Part shown: in pieces, positions 23,873 to 35,900 of the stretch
Layout: each line of letters opens with the position of its first letter
How positions within the stretch are numbered: position 1 is the first letter of the stretch
Notes under the pieces: model-generated
Seen by the model: only the letters and a program-made list of their open reading frames with translations
Database searches by the model: none
Told to the model about the DNA's origin: nothing
Source: Vermamoeba vermiformis
Taxonomy: Eukaryota
Length of the DNA stretch: 64,000 nucleotides
Assembly: GCA_045837725.1 (NCBI GenBank)
Contig: JBEWZL010000278.1
Location: 186,001-250,000 of the forward strand
Direction: 5' to 3'
Program-made: the position numbers and the translations under genes

Positions 23873-26402
23873 ATGATTCGCCAATTAATTTTAACAATTG
23901 CGATCTGCTTTGGCATCGTCTACGGCCAAACTTTTTCGGGTAAGCCTTGTCGGATCACGACGATCGTTGCAGAATACTGATTCTTATATTTAAGCCGTCT
24001 TCCACAACAATTTCCCTCCAAACAGCATGCCTATTGGCGTCAGATCCAGAACTTATGGTGTCAGTCTGACGCAAAATCCAATTTCAGACTCGCCAGTTAT
24101 AGTTAACTTAGCCTCAACTGGCCTACAATTCTCGCCATCTTCATTTACATTCACTTCGACCTCGTCTGTCGTTCAGTCATTCACCGTAACGGTAAGTTTT
24201 GGATCTGGCGAATTGAATTAAATTAATTTATTTAATTACGAATGTAGGCAACGGCGCTTGGTTATCAACAGATTAATGTAACAGGCGGCGTTACTGCACA
24301 AAACTTCTATGTTTCTGTAACTCAGCGTAAGTTAGTGTATAACTGCCGCTGAAAAGATCCGCCTTAATTAATGCTTATTTTAGGCGTTATTTATGCTCAA
24401 GAACAGACTACATATAATGCCGTTGGCCAATGGACTAACTTTGTTTCATTCGCAATGACTTACGACGATCCCAGTTCAGATTTGGCCATCCACACGAATC
24501 TGACTAGCTCAGACACGCCTCGCATCTCTCTAAGCGGCATTGATACGCAACTCTCTAACTCTAAGCGCGGCGGTTATTTATCTGTTCGCAGCGACGTCGA
24601 GGGCACTTCTCTTTTGAAATTCACTCCCATCGGATCCCGCGCCGATTGGTACCAGATCTCAAGCACTATCGTTGAGCTCGATATCGCCCAAAGTAAGTCA
24701 TTAATATAGAATAATAATAACTCCGACCCACAAAATCAAATTACGCACCATTATTCTCAAACGATTTCATATTTTTGTTCCGCGTGTCATAATGTCACTT
24801 GAGATTAAACTAATTCTTTTCTTTTATTTCCTTATTAGGAAGTATCTCCGTCCCTTCCAACCTCAACGCATTCAAAGTCGGAGAGCGTGTCTCATATCAA
24901 ATTCTATTGTCCCAGCCTTCAACTGGCTCGCTGTCAATCACGCCAGCTGGATCTGGCTTGTTTTTCGAGCCCTCCACTGTGACCATTGCTGCTGGCTCAC
25001 TTTCAGCCACTGTCACTGTCTACGCTAAATATGCCTCTGATTCACCAGTATCCATCTCTTACACTGTGAGCGGATCGGATGCAGTCATGTACGACTTCAG
25101 CGGCTTCACTACTATTTCAAGAATTAATTCGCGTAAGTATAGGACTACATTATTATAATAAGACTTATCTTAATGAGCCGAAACTAATTTTTTTGGTCTA
25201 TTTTTAGCTCAAGTCACGTGCGTTCCAGTTAAAACTTCTACCGGGTACAAACAACCCGTGCACATCAACTGCCGCGCCGACGACTTTACTGACTCAGTGA
25301 CTATCACTCCGACAGGTGAAGGCATGAGCTTCTCACCGCAATCAGTCACTTTCTCTGCTGGTTGCACATCCGCAACTTTTGAAGTGACTCCTTCAGTCGT
25401 GGGACAAATTCCGATCTATTATGACATTAGCGGTGATAATTTCTACGCTACTTTTAGTCCTGCCAGCAAGATTCATACTATTAATGTTAGCAAACGTAAG
25501 TCAACGCAAAATTTTTTGGTTGTTAGGTGGCGTCTTGACCTAACATTTCCTTATTTAGGCATTGTCACCATCACCGGTCCTTCAGTGAATGTTGCAGGAG
25601 GCGAGAACTACGTGATGGTTTCACTGTACGGCAGCGATACTTCAACGTTGTATCCGCCCTACAGCTCGTTGATTGTCACTCCTTGCACGCAGTCCTCGGG
25701 CTTGGTCGCATTCGAGCCTTCATCACTCACCTTCGACAACACGCAATCAGTTGGTGCTATTAGTGTCAGACCTCTTGTGCCTGGTGTCACACAAGTCGAT
25801 TTTGGGTTTACTTTGAGCGGCGATGATGCTTATGGATTCCAAATTTTACCAGCCTATAGCACTCAGATCGTTAACAGTAAGTACTAATATTTGATACTAT
25901 TATTGAAATAGTATAGATCTAATATGAATTTGTTTAGATGTATTCGATGTCAAGTACTACACGGACGAAGAACATGTCAAGCAATACCAACGTCTTCCCG
26001 CCCTCAACACGACCGAAGCATTCAATATTTCGGTGTTTAAGTACGATAATATTATTAAACTACCCACCTATCGCGAGTCAATTTTATTAAGCTACCACAC
26101 TCGAGTCCTAATATTTGTTTTAACTCAGCATCGTTGGTAACGTCACTTTGACGCCTGAAAGTGCCGTCGTCACATTCACTCCTAGCTCGTACACTTTCAC
26201 TCGCACCGACACTACAGCCAGCTTTAATATCACTGGCATGCGAAGTGGAACATCGTACGTGACCTTCAAGCTCACTGGCGACTCTGCTCGTTTGTTCACC
26301 GTGCCCAAGCCTTCGTTGCAAGTCACCGTACTCGGATCTAGTGCCGCTGTTACACTTGCCAGCACATTGTTGATCTTGTTGTGTGCATTCATTGCACTGT
26401 AA
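23873..26402 (+). CDS. Secreted, probably GPI-anchored surface protein with repeated beta-sandwich (Ig/Calx-beta-like) modules
   Basis: Signal peptide MIRQLILTIAICFGIVYGQ. Recurrent F.PSS.TF....F.V....G...Y..SG.DA units. Hydrophobic C-terminus LASTLLILLCAFIAL*. Multiple GT-AG introns. Confidence 0.75.
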
Positions 26403-26489
26403 TGTATATAAAAATTAAAGACTAGATATCTAATTAGCACCACAATTGATTCGGTCAATGTTCAAGAAAGCGTCTGGCAACACTTGAAT

Positions 26490-29469
26490 TTATTTTCGGT
26501 ACGGTTGTTTTGGCGGATTTGACTTGGCCAATGCCGGCGAGGACGGTGAAGGTTTGAACTCGTCGGAAGTAGATTTGGGCTTGACCATTGTTGGCGAGGA
26601 CTTGGCCAGTGCGTGATCGCCAAATGTTGCTCGTCGAGGTGAAGTTTGTGAGCCTGTACTGGCATTCTCGTTTGAACTGGCCTTGGCAAGTGGTATCTTT
26701 GGCAATGGTTTTTTGGGCTTCTTTGAAGCCTCATCTTTCTCAGGCGTTGTTGTTTTGATCGTGCTTGCCCCGCTCTTATCCACAAATGTTGCACTCAAAG
26801 TACTGTTGCCGCTCTTATCTACAAATGTGCCCGTCATTGTCTTGTTGAAAGTGTTGCCGCCGCTCTTGTCCACGAAAGTGCCCGCGTTCATAGTCTTATT
26901 CATCGTGTTATTGCTTCTCTTGTCAACAAAAGTACCCGTGTTCATAGTACTGCCAGCGTTCTTATCGACAAAAGTGCCCGTGCTGAGTGTCTTGTTCGTG
27001 ACAAATGTGCCGCTGTTCATCGTCTTGTTCACCGTGTTGTTCGTGCTTTTATCGACAAAAGTGCTCGAGGCCATTGTGCCCGCGTTGCTCCTATCAACAA
27101 ATGTACTCGTGGAGTCGTTGAAGTACATCATACTTTGACTAGTGTTGACCAAGTTCATGTCGTTCGCGCCCGCGTTGATTGTTTTGACGTTACTCTGGCC
27201 CTTTGTGTTTGCAGGCAATGCTTTTGACGGCAATGTTTTGGAGCCTGCATCATTTGGCATCGAATTGCTGATCGTTAATTTCTGCGAAAGTTGTTAGGGT
27301 CACATTGTTGACACGTGAAAAATATTGAGTGACACGTGTCAAAGTGTCAAACTTACCCTCATTTTATCACGCATCACAAGTTGATATTCTGTTAACAGCG
27401 GTGCTAACTCTTCTTGCGCGTTCAATTGAGCACCTTGCAGGACAAATGGGTGACTCAACAGCTCGACAGCTGTCAATCGACCACTCGTCTCTTTGGACAA
27501 ACATTTCTTCAAGAAATCTGCAAATTCGGGACTCCACCGCTCAGGATTTTTTAACTTAGGTGCGTCCTGATTCATGGTTAGATTATTAATATAAGACGAA
27601 TAGAGGCTACCTCGTACTTGTTTTGGAATGGTCATCATCGCTTGAAGTGGATGTGTTCCGTGCATCGGTGGAGCTCGCTCGGCCAATTCTATCGCAGTAA
27701 TTCCCAGGGCCCATATGTCACTTTTTTCGCTGTACTGTCGTTTGCTGCAAATTTCCTGCAATAACATTAGTTCATGAATGATCGGATAAAAAGTGAAATT
27801 TCACGTACTGGTGACATCCAATAGGGCGTGCCAACAAGAGTATCGTTCTTGCCCATGACTGCCTCCATTGTCGTGGCAACACCAAAATCGGCTATTTTGA
27901 CCTCGCCCTTGGAATTCATCAGAATATTTGCAGCTTTAATATCCCGATGCAGAATTCTTTTTGCGTGAAGGTAAGCTAATCCGAGCAAGGACTGGTATAA
28001 TACAAGTGATATTTGTGACTCTGCTAGTGAGATATTTAACGTTGTTATAAGATCTTTCGTGGATCCTGACTCGCAATAGTCCATCAAAATCTGTTCATGA
28101 AAAATGACACGTGTCAATTGCAATTCTTCATGCGGTACAAATAATAGCGCGACTTACCCATAGATGCTTATCTTTAGCAATAGCGCCATAATAATTTACA
28201 ATGTGATTGTGCCGGCACTTTTTCAAAATGTCAATCTCGTCCTGCACTTCCTTGCGTGCTGCCGCGTTGTCAATTTCAACAATTTTGATGGCCAAGATGA
28301 CATTGGCTTCACGATGCCGAGCTTTGTACACGACACCATAAGCGCTAATGATAGTGTTAATATGGCATATTAAATAAGTCCCGAAACCTTACCCTTGACC
28401 GAGTTTTTCGATCAATTCAAAAATCTTCAGCGGATCTTGTCCAGTCCAATTAAAATCTATGTCAACGTGAATATTATGGCTCAGATTATATGGCGCACTA
28501 ACTACGAGCGACTCTTCTTCATTAGGAATTTCCATCGAATTTGCTGGCGATGCTTTTTTCAGCAAATTATCGGTGCTCTGAATTTTAATTAGAATATAAG
28601 TAGTAATCCATTTAATAATTATTTAAATAATTATTAATTGAACTTACTTTTGTCTTCATGTCTTTGACTGCAATAAAATTCTTTAGGGTCTCTTCAAAAA
28701 TCAACGACACGTTTTGACCTGGCAAAAAGAGAACGAGTAAGAATTAATCTTGTACATAAATATTCCTTTTTTGGTAATTTTACCAGTCTTCGCTGACACA
28801 GGAAAGAATGGCCAGCCAAATAATTTTGACACTTTTTGGCCCTCTTGAACTCCTTGCTCATTATTCTCATCCGCTGTTATAATTCATTAATAAATGTCAA
28901 ATATAATGTGCTGGCATACCGCAATTTCCCGCCAAAACAGCTACGAGGCTGGATCCGCCGCGTACTGACATAATTTCATCTTTTATTTGAACCAGGGCCT
29001 CAAGTGTCTTGCGCGATGTGACCGAATAGACGAATATAAACGCGTCTGCCCATTTATACCACTAAAATAAATTAGGTTGATTTATTTTGTATTTTCTTAC
29101 CTTTGTGTGGAGAAAATTGTTCTTGGGATCTCCGCCTGTATCCTATTCAATTGAAATTAATATTCTATGACGCAGCAATATTTAATTTTATTACCAATAT
29201 GGTCACATTGAATGTCTGGCCTCGGATATCAAATGATTTTTGGTGGCGATCCTCTATTTAAATTTTTAATTTTAATAACCGAATTATTTAGCAGTAATTT
29301 TGGTAAAATTACATACCTATCGTTGGGTAAGGCGAAATAAAAAATGTTTCGTGGCAAAGCTGGCTAACTAAAGCAGTTTTACCGACACCTGATACGCCAA
29401 CCAATGCCTGTCAGATCAGTTAATTAAAAACCTTATTAAATATCTTTATCTTACTATTTTAACTTCCAT
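26490..29469 (-). CDS. Ras-like small GTPase - CRIB/PBD - STE20-family Ser/Thr kinase fusion with repetitive Thr-rich tail
   Basis: In-phase splicing gives [53 protein letters not shown], then [14 protein letters not shown] (CRIB), then [37 protein letters not shown]. Confidence 0.85.
26770..27110 (-). repeat. Degenerate coding repeat, 8 copies of (S/G/A)TFV(DK) interleaved with (N/K/S/G)TM
   Basis: Visible in the translation of ORF 26490-27260. Confidence 0.85.
27330..27341. promoter_or_regulatory. Intronic palindrome TGACACGTGTCA (copy 2)
   Basis: Exact match inside a kinase-gene intron, flanked by extra TGACAC/GTGTCA half-sites. Confidence 0.5.
28105..28116. promoter_or_regulatory. Intronic palindrome TGACACGTGTCA (copy 3)
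   Basis: Exact match inside a kinase-gene intron. Confidence 0.5.
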
Positions 29470-29581
29470 GAGGTATTGTATCTCATATCATTTTGCTAGT
29501 ATTGAATCACAAATGACGAAAATGGTTCATTAATGCAGTAATAACAATTCTCCGATTACGCACGCAAATTACAACTTTTAT

Positions 29582-31849
29582 TTACATTTTTTTATCCTTC
29601 AAATACTCGGTCAATGTTTTAGGCTCAATAGCGAGCCGAGGATTACTCTGGATCTTCTTGACAGCCCGAACAATATTTTCTAAGTGATTGTACACTAAGT
29701 AAGCGAGCGCATCCACGACGTCTTTTTGCACCGAAATATTATAATTTTGAAAATCGCAGCTAGATTTCAGCCATTCAGTGAATTTCTTCCGTGGCCTGCC
29801 AAAACTAACTTTGCAACAATTCTCGAAGAAAATGTACTGTGGCTGCGTCATATTCCTCGAAAATTCTTCTCGTTCAGCTAATCTACTTAATTTTTCTTCT
29901 TTAATCTTCTCTATTGAACAGTCTTCGATGGCTTGATCCGCACAACTCGTCATAGATTTCAACTGATCTATTGACGGTGCTACCCAATCAGGTCGCAGCT
30001 GGACGTCATTATCTTCATGATTCTCTTCGTTATTGTTATTTTTGGCTCCTTCGTTGTTATTCTCTTCAATTTCCATCGCTTGTTGTTTCGCGTCTTTTGT
30101 TGCCTTTTTGTTATCACCTTCATCGACTTTATCTGACTCTGCCCAATAGGCTTCTATATCCGCTCCAGTATCCTATAATATCACTCATTAATATCGCTTG
30201 TAAAGTGACGTACTGGATCCAGATCTCGATCCGGGCTGGTTTAACAAAAAAGATTGTTCTACTTACATCCATATGCTGCGCAAATGCTTTACTTGTTTTC
30301 AAAAATGATAGGAAGTGTTCTACTAATCGAATCGACTTCATATCTGGAAACAGTGCTCGTGCAAAGTGATCCAATTTCACGCCTACTTTTCTGACCGAAG
30401 AACTGCCTTCTTTCACTGTCGAATCCTCTGACTCCTCTTCAACACTTTAAGTAATGTTAATAACGACATTATCGATGATGTAGATTGACTTACTCTCCGT
30501 GAGACTTGTCTTTATGCGCTTCGTGCGATAATTTTTGCAGCAAATTCTGACCAAATTTCGTCGCTTCAGCCTCGAGCAATTTCGATGTCTCGACACTAAG
30601 AATAAAATTAATATTATTATGCAAATATAAAACTATATTAAAGTAAGCGTCATTGACTTACTTTGGCTGAGCAACTTCGCCCCATGAGTGCATCATGCTT
30701 TTAATTTCCTCTTCGTACGTAGGTTTTGACTTTCTAATTGGCACTAATTCCCTAAAATAATTAATATTAATAAAAATGACACTAAATAAATGTTTCACGT
30801 ACTTATTGACAATCATATTGTTGGCATTAACTTGATGAGGACTCTCAATTAACATCCTCTGAATGGCTATTTTCATGTACTGATCGCGCGGTAACATTCC
30901 TTGCAGCTCTTGCAAAGTGTACGACGCGTATTTGGACAGCAGATCTGACTCTTGATCTGTAATCGTACTCGTGTTAGCAAAACTCCTATAGTTACAACAG
31001 ACGCCATAATACCTTGTACTGAAGAATTTAATAGTGCTGATTTTTGTTTTGACTTGCTTTTCTTCGTCGTTGTTGCTGGAGATCCATCAGTCTTTTTTGC
31101 ACGAGGTTTTTTAGGCTTAGGAGTCTCCTCTCCTTCCTCACTTTCCGATTTTTTGGTCTTTTTAGGCGTGGCTTTCTTCTTTGCTGGCTTTTTACCGTTA
31201 GTTTCTTCGGTGTTCGCGACTTCTGGTTGTTGTGAGGTTTGATCCAGTTGTGATTCGGCTGTACTTGCTTGTTGTTGCGTGTTTTGTTCTTCTTCTGTAT
31301 TTTTCTTCGTAGATTTAGTGGTTCTTTTCTTCTTTGGTGGTTCTACATCCGGATCGAAGTCATCCGCCTGGATCTACCGCCAAAAAATTATTTATGATTC
31401 AGATTTTGTACATTATGATTTAAATATATCAAGTGGTAAATTAATGGCCTTATTGTAATTTAACAAATTTACCTTGCGTTTCCTCGATCGTGGTTTCGGT
31501 GTTTCTTCTTCGTCTTTCATTTCCTCGTCCTAACAATAGCAATTAATACATAATAGTAACAAGTGTTATCTCTTACAAGTATAGCGTCTTCTGTATAACG
31601 CACGGGCTTGGCACGGGCCCTTCGAGTTCTTATTCTACGACAGATCACAGTTAGCCTCACTCCACAACATTGACCACTACTTACTCCTCCATAACAGCGT
31701 ATTATACGAGGCTGTTTAGCGACCCGTCGGCTGATGTGGTTGCTTCTTAGCTGGTTACGCTTCTTTCTTTTTCCTTGCGTGTTCGTGTGAACAACAACGC
31801 TACCCGCAACTTGAACGACGCTAATCTCATTGCACCCCTGAGTTAGCAT
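29582..31849 (-). CDS. SPT3: Spt3/SUPT3H-like SAGA histone-fold protein with long K/E-rich N-terminal extension
   Basis: YEEEIKSMMHSWGEVAQP; RLAEREEFSRNMTQPQYIFFENCCKVSF..KKFTEWL; DVVDALAYLVYNHLENIV. Start codon uncertain. Confidence 0.75.
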
Positions 31850-32354
31850 TGCACGTCAAGTATTGTTGCTGGCGGTAAGACTAATAACCGAACTAAAGAA
31901 AGTTGGGCAAATCTGGATATGATTTTGGGCTTACTTTAACGAGCAAAAATTTGTTTACATAATTTCCGACAATTATTATATTGCCAGAAACCGAAGGTCC
32001 CATTTGTAAAATTATACAAAGGGTTTTATAATTTACATGATAGATTTCCTACAACGGATGAGACTGTCGCCATAAGGCTTAGCACGAGTTACTCAATTAA
32101 TTTGCACTAATTTATACAAAACTACGATCAAAGGCGTAGTCACCCTATAATTTATCAACGAATGGCTTTCACTGCTTTAACCAGACGAGGCATCCTTTCT
32201 CTAAGCTCATGCTTTCTTCATTCGTGGCCTCTTCCTTATTTTAGCACTTCCATTAGTGTTATTCATACTTTTCTTAGCTTTAGTCGGCCAGCAACCAAAC
32301 CACAACAAATTTGGCGCAGATCTGGCATAAAATGAAAATTTTGGACTCGTTTAG

Positions 32355-32557
32355 ATCACCTTCTCGGCCTTTTGGCTATGATCAAGTGTAGTATCTGTTC
32401 TTATCAGTTTAATCTCTGATAGCTGGTCTATGGACCGGCACAAGATTAAATTTATTTTTTGAGAGGGATGCAGTTTAAAAACCTGCAGCTTGCTGTGGGT
32501 TCTGTATCGCGGATCTTCTCGGCATTGCACAATATGGCCTTGCTAGGTCCACCTCCA
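32355..32557 (+). ncRNA. U2: U2 spliceosomal snRNA
   Basis: ATCACCTTCTCGGCCTTTTGGCTATGATCAAGTGTAGTATCTGTTCTTATCAGTTTAATCTCTGATA is nearly identical to the conserved U2 5' end (branch-site GUAGUA, stem IIa). Sm-like site AATTTATTTTTTGA; ATTGCAC loop near the 3' end. Confidence 0.95.
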
Positions 32558-32992
32558 CCTTACAAAATATCAAAAAAAATATTAAAACTGGGGTTTGGGG
32601 TAATGGGTTAGTACTGGTTTTGGTGGCAACCACCGCATCTGTACCTTTATTTACGTACCATAAAGAGCTTTTAATATTAATTAGCGATTGGTTCATTTTC
32701 TATTTTATCCTTCTGTCACATTTATGACGCGTTTTTCCATGCTACCTATAGTAATTGATTTCAGCGTAATTCCACTGTAATTACATAATAACATGATAAT
32801 GATAATCGTACACCGAAACACTCGTTCATTGCATTCTTATTAATGATGCTTGTGCATAATTACGCAAGTGTCCGTATCGCGACTCTATTCCGAACCGATT
32901 CACACAACGAGTGTCTAAAATTGCTGTTTAATGTCGCCATTTTAGCTCTTTTGAATAATGATAACAACAAATACTAAATGTTAATTGTAAAT

Positions 32993-35900
32993 ATGAAACT
33001 ATTGCTAGTCGTAGCTGTCGTTTGTTGTCTGAATGTTGCAAGATCAGGTAAAAATAGGCGAGACATTTGATAGACAAATCATAATACTAATGCCTCATAA
33101 TATTTGTTATTAGCTGCCCCTGTAGCAACTAGCGCGACGTATCAGGTAGAAAAACAAAACTCGGTGATTTGGAATTACACTGACATTATCGGATCCCAGG
33201 TTAAAAGCGCCACTATTAATGGTATCGAGTACAAGGCAGCAGTATTTAATGCGGAGTTCGACCAGGACCTATACGTCTTGGATAACTTTCCCTGTCAATG
33301 CGGGATGTGCTCAACGAATGTTTTGACAACAGCAGCAAACGAAAATTCTTTCAATTTCACTGATTTAGCCATTGGAAAGTGGGAAGAGGTAACGCAAGCA
33401 TATTTAATTAATGAATTTGGCGCGATAATAATTTTTTGAAAGGGCGAACTGATTGGAACGCAATCTATAAAATATTATCGATTGGATACCAGTGCAGAGC
33501 AGCTATGTCATCATATTACCATTGAGGTTGAAGTATTTCATGGCTTTGCAAGCGTTGTTGTGGCTACTGGACGGTATGTCAAGGTTTGCATAACTTGCCT
33601 TATTTGGAAAAAATACGAGACTCTGGATGAAACTTGTCAAGATTCGATATTTGTTTATGCCCAACCAAATTATTTAATTAGAATTATTAAATCGTTCACA
33701 AGTTCGTGTAATGTGAGCCGATCCGAACATGAGACAGAAACTAATTAGTGCTTTAGAATTCCTTCATTAGCCGATTACGATTGGTACAGACCTGTAACTG
33801 GACGAAGAATTTTCAAATTATGCAATTCACACGCGGCCTATGGACAGGGCCGATTTTATGTCGGAGTGGTCGTCAATCAGCACAACGAATACAATTTATA
33901 CAAGATTAGATACATCACTGAAAAGAACCCCGATTGTCCGCCATTAACTCCGAACCCCGCGATTCCATCAGGTACGAGATATCTCCGGAGATATTTCCTG
34001 GTTTACTCAAATATTAGTAGATTATCCCGAAGGCTTCCAATGGCTGCAAGACGGTCGAGCCACAATTGGCTTCGTAGAGCGCGAGTCCTATAAATATTAT
34101 GGATTTCAAATCACCACTCAGTGCACAAGATTCGCCGTGTCGCTGCAGAAGAACTCATCGGGTGAAGCAGATCTGTACATGTCGGTCGACAACAAGCCTC
34201 TCGGATTGTTCCAGCCACTCGACCCACGTCGTGATTGGCTGTCAAACAACGACGGAGACGATGTCATATCTATTCACTATTGTCATGACGCACCGCCTCC
34301 CTTTACGTTTTTCTTGGCGGTGACAGCTTTTGACACGGAGACTGGCTTTGATATTATTGCGACTACGCGTAAGTTCAACATCGATAAATATTATATAGCA
34401 CTTTTATTGAACCATTGTGTTCAGAGAATGAGTTTGTACTGTGGCCTTTGAGCGGACTTGCATTGAATTCTCCAAACACGCACTTGGCACGTACGTTTCG
34501 CGACACTTGAAGAAAGCGGTGGAATATTTACGATTTAACATTTATTTAGACTCTTTTCGTCTTGAATGTGACTCGCCTGATGGTACTGCAAATGAACAGT
34601 TCTTCTGCGAGTTCCCGTCGTATCTGGACTGCTACCAAGATGTCTTTCACTGCTGTTTTCCGTTCTATCCAATCTCTGCCATTCAAACTCCGAATCCGTT
34701 GTGGCCGTGGAACGCTGGTGACTCGTCATTGAAAGCTTTTTCAGAAATTTTGTGGTATGATTTGGCAACGCTTAAATTTTCGCGATTGTAATGTTTTCAT
34801 AGGGACGACATGGATTATAATCAAACTCATCAAGCCAATCGCTTCACGGTTGTATTGATGATCTCGCAGCGAGATGAAGACAGCATCAACTTGTTTTCGC
34901 AAACTACAGACTTTGGCAAGTGCAGAATGATTTGGACCGGTCAAATTACAAACAGCGATGGAGAAGTACGTGCACTAAACAATTATAACCCAGACAAACG
35001 TTAATAATCGATCGTAGGCCATAAGAGATGAGTTAACATTTCAGCCGGCGAATTTGAACTGCACAAAATCATTCGAGAACTTGGTTCAATCGAGCGCAGA
35101 TATCATTAATGAAATGTCACTTTCAGTGGACTATTTAGAACTCACGAAGGCTCACTACATGGTAATTGCAGTGCAATTTTGTTTCGGTGTTTATACCGAC
35201 ATTTTTTGTTACCCGGACCAATTCCTCCTCTGGCAATATTCATTAATTTAATGATACACCTGGTCCAACTAATTTTATCTTGTATTAAGCTCAATTTCGA
35301 GTTTTTGCTTGAGGACTGGTATGGATGCAACGAGTTTATTCTTGGACTAGGCAACACAACCAACTTCGACGTCGTGCAATCTGATCTTCAAGTCTGCTTA
35401 CACTACCCTGTATGTAGTGTACAAATATTGAAATACCGGTAGCTAATTCTTTCAGAATACTCCTGAGTACAACAGCGATCCGTGCTGCACGCCAGCGTAC
35501 GTAGTTTTTACAAGCGTAATATCATCTTGCTAATCAATTCTTAGTTTATTGAACGATCAGTGCTGTGCAACGAGTGACTTGACGTTCAGTTCGAAGTTAC
35601 TTAAACAGGCCAACGAATCACTCATCGCGTCAAAGTGCTCCAACCCCACGTGCTCGCTGAAACAGCTAGACAATTTAGTGGGCATTCAAAGCGCTATTGT
35701 AAATCCTGAGACCGGCTGCACGGCTTCTTTTAGACGCGAAGCTAATTCTGCTAAATACGACGGCTATCAGTCGTTCATCAACACGTGCCAGTACGAGATC
35801 TTGGGCGAGAGATTGCAAGGCATAAAATGCTCTGCCAATTCCGATTGTTACAGTAACGTGTGCAACAAAACTACAGGACTATGTTCGCAAGGCAAGGCAG

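Noticed and set aside
26683-27138. Hydrophobic repetitive ORF on + strand
   Set aside because: Antisense shadow of the kinase TFVDK repeat.
32370-32545. U2 variants (GCTATGATC bulge; ATTGCAC loop IV)
   Set aside because: These positions vary among known U2 RNAs, and the branch-site and helix I pairing residues are canonical.
32586-32630. G-rich, telomere-like or G-quadruplex-like tract after U2 (similar one at 50500-50540)
   Set aside because: Too short and irregular; no tandem telomeric unit.
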